From: an uncultured Gammaproteobacteria bacterium
GTDB taxonomy: Bacteria; Patescibacteriota; Patescibacteriia; Magasanikbacterales; UBA922
Direction of reading: 5' to 3'
Assembly: GCA_964597575.1 (NCBI GenBank)
Contig: CAZQXB010000001.1
Location: forward strand, 338,111-402,110
Length of the DNA stretch: 64,000 nucleotides
Of this stretch, positions 28,780 through 36,515 are shown piece by piece. The notes beneath the pieces were generated by a model that worked only from the letters and a program-made list of their open reading frames with translations, had not been told where the DNA came from and made no database searches. Numbering within the stretch: the stretch's first letter is position 1; the number at the start of each line of letters is the position of its first letter. Position numbers and translations under genes: made by a program.

Positions 28780-28849
28780 TAGAGCTAAATGAAAAGCTGT
28801 GGTATAATAAATACATTAAGTCTATAGCACTCTTCATGAACCTGTCGGC

Positions 28850-29218
28850 ATGTTAAGAGATGCAAGGAGTTATATGTACGGTAGTAGTCAAGATCTTCTC
28901 TATATTGTTCTTTCTATTTGTATCGTGTGGTTTACGGTATTCCTGTGCTGGTTATTGTACCAAGCTGCACGCGTTCTTCGAAACGCAAATCGTATCGTAG
29001 AAAATGTTACGGATAAGTTAGAACTCATTTCCGAAGCAGTGGGGTTCATGCGCAACAAAGTTGACGGTATCTCGACCAGCATGGGGGCGATGGGGCGGTT
29101 AGTAGCAAGCCTTGTCGAAAAAGTGGTCATTGGTAAACTTCAGAAAAAAATGGACGAAGAGGAGGAAGGAGATAAACCCGAACGACGAACTCGTCGTAAG
29201 GGGGGTCGAAATATGTAG
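28850..29218 (+). CDS. small membrane protein, hypothetical
   Basis: One TM helix (LLYIVLSICIVWFTVFLCWLLY), a helical region and a basic/acidic tail. A TGGTATAAT extended −10 lies about 40 nt upstream. Confidence 0.5.
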   Translation: MLRDARSYMYGSSQDLLYIVLSICIVWFTVFLCWLLYQAARVLRNANRIVENVTDKLELISEAVGFMRNKVDGISTSMGAMGRLVASLVEKVVIGKLQKKMDEEEEGDKPERRTRRKGGRNM

Positions 29219-29314
29219 TGTTCGCGGAAGAAGAAAGTACCCATTGCCAGGCCCGGCAGTGGGTATTTTTATTGGTTGCGGCGAGCCACGAAGTAGGCTA
29301 CACTCTATGGTACT

Positions 29315-32300
29315 ATGGGCTTTACCCACCTTCATGTTCACACCCATTATTCTTTGCTTGACGGCTTGGTCAAACCCAAAGCCCTAGTTAAGGCTGCAAA
29401 AGAACGTGGATTCAAATCAATCTCCCTGACTGACTCAGGGGCCATGTATGGAGCAATTGAATTTTATAAAGCATGTGTCGAAAATGGCATTAAACCCATT
29501 ATTGGATTTGAGACCTACATTGCACCCCGTGGCATGACCGATAAAGATCCAGAAAAAGACAAAGAGTTTTTTCCGCTTATCCTTTTGGCTGAAAACTACG
29601 ACGGATATCGTAACCTCCTTACGCTGTGCTCACTTGCACACACGCAAGGTTTTTTTAACGGGAAACCACGCCTCGATAAAGAAATCTTAGCGAAGTACGC
29701 TGCCAATGTCATTGCTCTTTCCGGAGACATTCACGGTGAAGTTCCGAGTTTACTGAAACAGGGGAGGGTGGCCGAGGCAAAGAAAGCTGCTGAATCGTAC
29801 GCGCGTATTTTCGGGCCCGATCATTTTTACCTTGAACTTCAGGATCATCCAGCAATTCCCGGTCAGATGCAAGTAAATTCTGAACTCATCACGCTCTCGA
29901 AAGAGACGAATATTCCGTTGGTTGCAACGCGTGATGTTCATTATCTAAATCAAGAAGACGCCGAGGCGCAAGATATTTTATGCTGTATTCGTGAAGGTTG
30001 GAAGGTAGAATATACCGACCGTACCGATTACCGCCAGGTCGATCGCTCTCTCAATTCTGAGGAAGACATGCTTTCGCGATTTCGTCATGTGCCAGAAGCG
30101 GTCGAAAACGCCGGAAAAATTGCCGATCGTATTAATATTGTGATTGAACTTGATAAATGGCACTTTGCTCCAGTTACTATCCCTGAAGGAAAAACAGCAG
30201 ACGACGAGCTTCGAGACCGGACATTTGCCAATGTCGGCAAATTTTATAATCCGGTTACGCCAGAAGTGGTCGACCGCATTAATTACGAACTCGACATTAT
30301 TAAAAAGAAAGGATACGCACCGTACTTTCTCTGTGTTGCAGACTATGTGCAATATGCGAAAGATCACGGCATTGTCGAAACAACTCGTGGTTCGGCGGCT
30401 GGTTCGCTTTCTTCGTATGTTCTTGGTATTACGACAGTTGATCCGATTCGGTTCAAGTTACCGTTTGAACGTTTTTTGAATCCATTTCGCCCGAGTCCTC
30501 CTGATATTGATACAGACTTTGCCGATGATCGCCGTGAAGAAATGATTGAATATGTAACAAATAAATATGGAAAGGATAAGGTTGCTCAGATTATTACCTT
30601 TGGAACCATGGCGGCGCGCGCCAGTGCACGCGATGTGGGTCGGGCGCTTGGGTATTCTTATAATTTCTGTGATCAGGTAGCCAAACTTATTCCCATTGGT
30701 GCCCAAGGGTTTCCGATGACCATTACCCGTGCCCTAGCCGAAGAGCCTGATTTAAAAAAATTGTATGATGCGAATCCAGACGTAAAGCGTCTGCTTGATC
30801 TTGCAAAAAAAGTAGAAGGCTGTGCCCGTCATACCTCAATTCATGCGGCCGGGGTGGTTATTTCTCCGACTCCTTTAACCGACTATACGCCAATTCAGTA
30901 CGAAGTTGGTGGCACACGGTTAACAACGCAATACGAAATGAAATCGGTCGAAGCTGCGGGCGTATTGAAGAACGACTTTTTGGGAATTCGTAACCTTTCC
31001 ATTTTGGGAAATGCCGTCCAGATTGTGAAAAAAACAACCGGTGATGAGGTGGATATTTATACACTTCCTCTTGATGACAAGCCAACGTTCGACATGCTTG
31101 CGCGCGGGGAAACCATGGGGGTGTTTCAGATGTCTGGGTCGGGTATGACGCGCTGGCTGAAAGAACTGAAGCCAACCACGATCGATGATATCATGGCGAT
31201 GGTTGCGCTGTATCGCCCAGGACCAATGGAATCCATTCCAGAATACATTAAACGCAAATACCACCCTGAATTTGTAACGTATTTTGATCCACGTTTGAAA
31301 AAGATTTTGGAAGCATCTTTCGGTCTGCTTGTATACCAAGACGACGTCATGTTGACTGCGATTGAGCTTGCGGGGTACGACTGGATGGAGGCGGACAAGT
31401 TTCGTAAAGCCATGGGGAAAAAGATTCCGGAAGAGATGGCTCAGCAGAAGGAAAAGTTTTATAAAGGATGCGCGGAAAAGGGAAAGGTAAAAAAAGATGT
31501 GATTGATGAGATGTGGCATGCCATTGAACCATTTGCGGCCTACGGGTTCAATAAGGCGCATGCCGCAAGTTACGGCATTGTGGCGTATCAAACCGCGTAC
31601 ATGAAAGCGCATTACCCGGTTCAGTATATGACTGCGGTACTTCAAGCTGAAGCAGGGGATGCTGAAAAAATTGCTGCCATCGTGCATGAATGTAAGCGCA
31701 TGGGTATCGAAGTGCTTCCACCAGACGTGAATGAGAGTTTTCGTAATTTTGCCATGGTGTCAAAGCCAGGGGACCCAGGCCGTATTCGTTTTGGTTTACT
31801 TGCGATTAAAAATGTCGGTGATCATATCTGTGAGGTGATTTACGCCGAGAGAAAAAAGAATGGGCCATATAAAGATCTTGAGGATTTTTTGCACCGAGTA
31901 CAAGATAAAGATCTGAACAAAAAATCAGTCGAGAGTTTGGCCGAGGCTGGAGCCATGGATTGCTTCGGGTATGATCGTGGCTTGCTTTTGGCAAACAGCG
32001 ACACGATTCTCGGCTTTGCTCGCGAGTCACGAGAGGCTCTTACGACCAAACAACATTCACTTTTTAGTGGAACCTCTATTGCGATTGATACAAAAGTACA
32101 TTTGAAACCCGCTCCGCCTGCAACCTTGGATCAAAAATTAATATGGGAAAAAACCCTTTTAGGGTTATATGTGTCATCGCACCCATACGCCATGTTTGCT
32201 GATCGACTTCGTCGGGCCACCATTCCTCTCTCTGAAGTGGAAGTACATCCGCGAGATAGTTGGATTACGGTCGGAGGAATTATTGATGCGGTGAAAAAGA

Positions 32301-32797
32301 AGGTGACAAAAAAGGGAACAATTATGCTTTTTGTGACCCTCCAAGACATGTCAGGTGGTATGGAGCTTCTCGTTTTTCCCAAAACATACGAAGCGACCCA
32401 AGCACTTTGGCAAGTAGGTCAAATTATTGCGGTTGTTGGTAAAACACCTAAAGAAGAGGGGGACAATAAAATCTTTGTGGAAAATGTTCACGTGCTCACT
32501 CGGGAAAATGTTGACCTTGTGAGTCGTCAACTGACACTTTCCAGTGGGGGAAATACCAATAGTCATGAGCCGCAAGCACCAAATACGGTGGTAGTTACGG
32601 TCGATAAAGATGCCTTAAAGACACACACGGAAATACTCAAAAAAATATTTACCGATTTTTCCGGAACATACCCTGTGGTATTTCGTATCAATGGAAATAA
32701 TATGCGCACTCAAGTTGTGGTGCGATGGGGTGATGATACCAAAAACGCCCTGGAGGGCGTTTTAGGAGAAGGTTCGGTATCGTTTGAGGCGATGTAG
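29315..32797 (+). CDS. dnaE: DNA polymerase III alpha subunit
   Basis: The 1160-aa ORF has a PHP domain (MGFTHLHVHTHYSLLDG), polymerase core, HhH region and OB-fold C-terminus. Confidence 0.95.
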   Translation: MGFTHLHVHTHYSLLDGLVKPKALVKAAKERGFKSISLTDSGAMYGAIEFYKACVENGIKPIIGFETYIAPRGMTDKDPEKDKEFFPLILLAENYDGYRNLLTLCSLAHTQGFFNGKPRLDKEILAKYAANVIALSGDIHGEVPSLLKQGRVAEAKKAAESYARIFGPDHFYLELQDHPAIPGQMQVNSELITLSKETNIPLVATRDVHYLNQEDAEAQDILCCIREGWKVEYTDRTDYRQVDRSLNSEEDMLSRFRHVPEAVENAGKIADRINIVIELDKWHFAPVTIPEGKTADDELRDRTFANVGKFYNPVTPEVVDRINYELDIIKKKGYAPYFLCVADYVQYAKDHGIVETTRGSAAGSLSSYVLGITTVDPIRFKLPFERFLNPFRPSPPDIDTDFADDRREEMIEYVTNKYGKDKVAQIITFGTMAARASARDVGRALGYSYNFCDQVAKLIPIGAQGFPMTITRALAEEPDLKKLYDANPDVKRLLDLAKKVEGCARHTSIHAAGVVISPTPLTDYTPIQYEVGGTRLTTQYEMKSVEAAGVLKNDFLGIRNLSILGNAVQIVKKTTGDEVDIYTLPLDDKPTFDMLARGETMGVFQMSGSGMTRWLKELKPTTIDDIMAMVALYRPGPMESIPEYIKRKYHPEFVTYFDPRLKKILEASFGLLVYQDDVMLTAIELAGYDWMEADKFRKAMGKKIPEEMAQQKEKFYKGCAEKGKVKKDVIDEMWHAIEPFAAYGFNKAHAASYGIVAYQTAYMKAHYPVQYMTAVLQAEAGDAEKIAAIVHECKRMGIEVLPPDVNESFRNFAMVSKPGDPGRIRFGLLAIKNVGDHICEVIYAERKKNGPYKDLEDFLHRVQDKDLNKKSVESLAEAGAMDCFGYDRGLLLANSDTILGFARESREALTTKQHSLFSGTSIAIDTKVHLKPAPPATLDQKLIWEKTLLGLYVSSHPYAMFADRLRRATIPLSEVEVHPRDSWITVGGIIDAVKKKVTKKGTIMLFVTLQDMSGGMELLVFPKTYEATQALWQVGQIIAVVGKTPKEEGDNKIFVENVHVLTRENVDLVSRQLTLSSGGNTNSHEPQAPNTVVVTVDKDALKTHTEILKKIFTDFSGTYPVVFRINGNNMRTQVVVRWGDDTKNALEGVLGEGSVSFEAM

Positions 32798-32801
32798 TAA
32801 A

Positions 32802-33806
32802 TTAAGTCCGAACATCCACGGACCACTGAGGCTCAGGGGTAAGCGTCTGCCAATCGCTCGGACCAAATTTTTGATACGAGTAATAGCCGGCCACCGCAAT
32901 CATCGCTCCATTATCCATCGAATGCGTTTTGGGCGAGAGTAAACATAGTACATCGGGGAATTCCTCGGTAATTTTTTGTTCAAGCGTGGTACGAAGTTTT
33001 TGATTTGCGGAAACACCGCCAACCAAAAGCACGCTTTTGGGTTTAAATGCACGAGCAGCGCGCATGGTTTTTTCTGTGAGTACATCAACCATCGCCTGTT
33101 CAACACTCGCGCAAAAGTTTGGTACAGATTCACTGGGGTGGTCGCGAAGATGATAAAGTGCTGCTGTTTTAAGTCCGGCGAAACTAAAATCATAATTGGT
33201 ATCCTTTATCATGGGGCGTGGAAAGGGGATTGCCTCAGGGTTTCCTTCCTTCGCTTCTTTCGAAATTTTTGGTCCGCCGGGGTAGTCGAATCCAAGAATT
33301 TTGGCAGTTTTATCGAAACACTCTCCGACTGCGTCGTCGCGGGTTTTTCCTATCTTTATATAATCTCCATGGTCACGCATGAATATGAGCTCAGTGTGGC
33401 CACCGGAAACCACAAGGGCAAGGGCAGGAAATTGAATGGGGTGTTCAAGTTCAACCGAATGAAGATGTCCGTCAATATGGTTCACCCCAACAAAAGGAAT
33501 CTTCCAACTATACGAAAGCGTTCGTGCGGCTTCAAGGCCGACAAGAAGTCCGGTAATAAGGCCAGGACCGCTCGTAACTGCAATAAGATCCGGTTTTGGT
33601 TCGCCTTCTAAAACATGTTCGATAAGAGGGACAATTTGTTCCGCATGTTTACGGCCGGCAATTTCTGGAATGACCCCACCATAGGCCTTGTGAATCTCAA
33701 TTTGGCTAGCAGTTTTTTCTTTGATAATCACAAAACCACTTTCGGTTTTTTCAATAAGAGCAACCGACGTATCGTCGCAAGAAGATTCAATGCCTAAAAT
33801 ACGCAT
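32802..33806 (-). CDS. tsaD: tRNA N6-adenosine threonylcarbamoyltransferase TsaD
   Basis: MRILGIESSCDDTSVALIE…VGVNHIDGHLHS…SGGHTEL… The start was set to the internal Met; the upstream ORF extension runs into tRNA-Glu and is not coding. Confidence 0.9.
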   Translation of the reverse strand: MRILGIESSCDDTSVALIEKTESGFVIIKEKTASQIEIHKAYGGVIPEIAGRKHAEQIVPLIEHVLEGEPKPDLIAVTSGPGLITGLLVGLEAARTLSYSWKIPFVGVNHIDGHLHSVELEHPIQFPALALVVSGGHTELIFMRDHGDYIKIGKTRDDAVGECFDKTAKILGFDYPGGPKISKEAKEGNPEAIPFPRPMIKDTNYDFSFAGLKTAALYHLRDHPSESVPNFCASVEQAMVDVLTEKTMRAARAFKPKSVLLVGGVSANQKLRTTLEQKITEEFPDVLCLLSPKTHSMDNGAMIAVAGYYSYQKFGPSDWQTLTPEPQWSVDVRT

Positions 33807-33974
33807 AAAGATTGACAGATGAGTGCCAAGAAAAGAGCCTCTACACATCCTGCCATATAAACTGTGGTGTCGACAAGGGGTGCTTGTGGCCTTTTCACTA
33901 CAGAGAACATGTAAAGATGGGGATGAGTGAGAACGAAACAAAAACCACCCGACGAAAAGTGGGGTGGTTTTTGT

Positions 33975-34049
33975 TGGTAGCGCCAAGGGGAGTCGAACCC
34001 CTCTTCTTAGGTTGAAAACCTAATGTCCTAACCGATAGACGATGGCGCC
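33975..34049 (-). tRNA. tRNA-Glu (anticodon UUC), CCA encoded
   Basis: Minus strand: GGCGCCA-TC-GTCT…GGAC-A-TTAGG-TTTTCAA-CCTAA-…AGGGG-TTCGACT-CCCCT-TGGCGCT-A-CCA. Confidence 0.8.
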
Positions 34050-34111
34050 AGATGAAAAAGTGCTCATACTATAATTGATTTTTTTCACTTCGTCAATATG
34101 CCCTAGGTTCC

Positions 34112-34140
34112 CTTGTGAGTATTGACAAGTGTGCTCAAAA
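34112..34140 (+). promoter_or_regulatory. putative sigma-70-type promoter upstream of the GC-rich gene
   Basis: TTGACA, 17 nt, then TAGTGT (weak −10). The gene has an AAGGAG RBS 8 nt before the ATG, flanked by two copies of GATTGTCAC. Confidence 0.3.
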
Positions 34141-34268
34141 GTGGTAGTGTACAGGTTACTTGGTAAGTGAGGGAGTTTTAGCTCAACAGAGCAAAAATTC
34201 CAAGAAAAACACCCAAAAGGTTCACGAAAGTGGACCTGTGACTGATTGTCACGAAGGAGATTGTCACC

Positions 34269-35195
34269 ATGGTTCGTTCCATCATCAGCGCGCTCGTCGC
34301 GGTCGTTCTCTGCCTCTTCACGAGCGCCCCGGCCTTCGGGCTGGCGCTCGGCATGGTCGGTGACGAGCAGAAGCTCGACATCCCCGTGTCCGCGTTCAAC
34401 GGCAACGTCGATTCCCGCGCCAGCATCATGGTGCAGGACACCTCTCGGCCTCTCGACACCTCGGCGATCAGCGCCATGCAGGTCCAGTGGGATCGGGCGG
34501 AGCGCCGTTCTCACGTCCACGCCAAGCGAGGTACTCGTCCCTTCAGGTGCCCGCAGTACTACACGAATCGTGATCTGGCCGAGACGATGGCGTTCACGGA
34601 GCGCCGTCTCTCAGACTCGTCTGTCACGGACGATGCTCGGCCCACGCTCTACGGCATGCGCTATGCCGGAACGTTCTGTTCGCTCGGCAAGCCTGCCAAG
34701 CGTATGAACAAGTCGGATCCGACGCCCGCTGCGGACGAGATCGCTCTCATGATCCCTGTCACGAAGCCGGCACCCCTCAGCCCTCCGAAGACCGGCGGCA
34801 TGCGCCTCGATCCCAACGGCGACACCAACTCGGATTTGACCGATAGCGACTATCTCCGTACGTTCGGTGTCTCGATGAACCTCGTCGCACCGAGTCCGAT
34901 CCAGGAGGTCGTCGGCTCGCGTCAGCTCATGGGCACGGACGAGAATGATCCGTCCTGCGCTACCCTCGAGATCCTCTTGGGCCGTGATCACCACCCTCTC
35001 GGTGTGGTCCCGACCCCCGTCTCTTCTCGTTCGTCCGGCGATCGCGTCTCCCTCTTGTCGAATCTCGACCCGGAAAATGCTGGTGCACATGTCTCGCCAA
35101 AGGAGCTCGCCCGACTGATCGGCTTCCGCGCCGCCACATACAAGGAATCGAGCGGCAACTATAGTTATCACTGGTCACCTGGTCCGCCGCGCTAA
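34269..35195 (+). CDS. secreted hypothetical protein encoded in a high-GC island (probable horizontally acquired gene)
   Basis: The 308-aa ORF has an N-terminal signal peptide (MVRSIISALVAVVLCLFTSAPAFG). GC is about 65–70 % with GC-rich third codon positions, against about 45 % in flanking genes. Overlapping ORFs on both strands are stop-free artefacts of the GC-rich DNA. Confidence 0.6.
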   Translation: MVRSIISALVAVVLCLFTSAPAFGLALGMVGDEQKLDIPVSAFNGNVDSRASIMVQDTSRPLDTSAISAMQVQWDRAERRSHVHAKRGTRPFRCPQYYTNRDLAETMAFTERRLSDSSVTDDARPTLYGMRYAGTFCSLGKPAKRMNKSDPTPAADEIALMIPVTKPAPLSPPKTGGMRLDPNGDTNSDLTDSDYLRTFGVSMNLVAPSPIQEVVGSRQLMGTDENDPSCATLEILLGRDHHPLGVVPTPVSSRSSGDRVSLLSNLDPENAGAHVSPKELARLIGFRAATYKESSGNYSYHWSPGPPR

Positions 35196-35296
35196 CCCAA
35201 GCCCGCCACCACGTGAAGGGGAGCCGAACGACGATCTTTATCGTTGTTCGGCCCGCATTATCTCTTGTGGAGTATTCTACTGAAGATAAAGCGGAC

Positions 35297-35324
35297 TTGA
35301 CAGAATAATGTATTCTGGTACACT
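35297..35324 (+). promoter_or_regulatory. putative promoter of the rplJL operon; the long structured L10 leader follows to about 35469
   Basis: TTGACA, 16–17 nt, then TACACT. The leader contains the hairpin CTTCCTTTCGGGGAAGAAG. Confidence 0.35.
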
Positions 35325-35469
35325 GTACGCAAAACCATAGACAGTAGCTTCCACGTAAATGTGGATTAAATATGCTACCGAGGTGACTCCTATTTCTTCC
35401 TTTCGGGGAAGAAGTTTCAAGGTCGAAGTTCTCGGGGTTGTCTGTGGCTACACAGATTTTTTTGTTTTT

Positions 35470-35994
35470 ATGGCTAAAACCAGGCAACAAAAAGAAGAAG
35501 CGCTGAATGTGCTTCAAACCAATCTAAAGAGTGCGAAAGCAACCGTGTTTGCGAATTTTCAAGGGCTCAAAGTAAAAGAGTCTGAAGAACTTCGTGCAAT
35601 CTGCCGCAAAGAACGTATCGTTTACGTGGCAAGCAAAAAAACACTTATCGCTCGCGCGCTTAAAGATGCTGGGTTTGATACGGATGCAGATGCTTTTTCT
35701 GGTGGTGTCGCAGCAGTATTTGCACAAGGTGATGAAGTTGGCGCAGCCAAAGTTATTGCTGATTTTGCAAAGACTCATGAAGTGGTTACCATCTTTGGTG
35801 GAATTTTAGAAGGAAAGTTTATTGACGCAAATAGCGTAAAGGCGCTCGCAAAATTACCAACACGGCAGCAGCTTTTGGGTCAATTGGTCGGTACATTGAA
35901 CGCTCCAGTATCTGGATTCGTCAATGTGTTGGCTGGCAACTTACGCGGTCTTGTTACGGTACTTAATGCCGTGAAAGATAAACAAGCAGCGTAA
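35470..35994 (+). CDS. rplJ: 50S ribosomal protein L10
   Basis: MAKTRQQKEEALNVLQTNLKSAKATVFANFQGLKVKESEELR… The start was moved to residue 38 of the track ORF. Confidence 0.9.
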   Translation: MAKTRQQKEEALNVLQTNLKSAKATVFANFQGLKVKESEELRAICRKERIVYVASKKTLIARALKDAGFDTDADAFSGGVAAVFAQGDEVGAAKVIADFAKTHEVVTIFGGILEGKFIDANSVKALAKLPTRQQLLGQLVGTLNAPVSGFVNVLAGNLRGLVTVLNAVKDKQAA

Positions 35995-36033
35995 GCGGTA
36001 GAAAAATATATTGTTTATTACTCTCTATATTAT

Positions 36034-36444
36034 ATGTCAGAAGAAAAGAAAGTTGTTGAAGTACCAGCGAAATTTCAATCGCTCGTAGATTCAATCGAAA
36101 AAATGTCAGTTCTTGATCTTTCAGAACTCGTAAAAGTTCTTGAAGATAAATTCGGCGTTTCAGCTGCAGCTCCCGCAATGATGATGGCAGCTCCAGCAGC
36201 TGGTGGTGCAGGTGCGGCCGCAGCGGAAGAAAAATCTGAGTTTGCTGTTGAGCTTACTGACGCCGGTGCAAACAAAATTGGCGTAATTAAAGTGGTGAAG
36301 GAATTGACCGGTCTTGGTCTTGCTGAAGCAAAAGGCTTGGTAGATGCAGCACCAAAAGTTCTTAAAGAAGGCGTAAAGAAAGAAGACGCTGAAGCCATGA
36401 AGAAAAAGATCGAAGAGGCTGGCGGAAAAGTAACATTGAAATAG
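36034..36444 (+). CDS. rplL: 50S ribosomal protein L7/L12
   Basis: N-terminal dimerisation region, Ala-rich hinge and C-terminal domain (…[23 protein letters not shown]…). Confidence 0.9.
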   Translation: MSEEKKVVEVPAKFQSLVDSIEKMSVLDLSELVKVLEDKFGVSAAAPAMMMAAPAAGGAGAAAAEEKSEFAVELTDAGANKIGVIKVVKELTGLGLAEAKGLVDAAPKVLKEGVKKEDAEAMKKKIEEAGGKVTLK

Positions 36445-36464
36445 TCAGCACTGTATTCACAATA

Positions 36465-36492
36465 TAAAAACGCCCTACGGGGCGTTTTTATA
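36465..36492. terminator. bidirectional rho-independent terminator between rplL and the convergent minus-strand gene
   Basis: AAAAACGCCC-TAC-GGGCGTTTTT with A/T runs on both sides. Confidence 0.6.
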
Positions 36493-36515
36493 TTGTGTCT
36501 GAAATAACTTATTCT

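Noticed and set aside
33812-34015. 67-aa plus-strand ORF and the upstream 60-codon extension of tsaD
   Set aside because: Both overlap the cloverleaf of tRNA-Glu (33975–34049). TsaD starts at the conserved MRILGIESS.
34020-35517. Long minus-strand ORFs (34020–34520, 34611–35171, 34960–35517) and the plus-strand ORF 34246–34707 inside the first GC-rich island
   Set aside because: High-GC DNA is poor in stop codons, so every frame opens. Only the 34269–35195 frame has a signal peptide, an RBS and a plausible start. The others are compositional artefacts.
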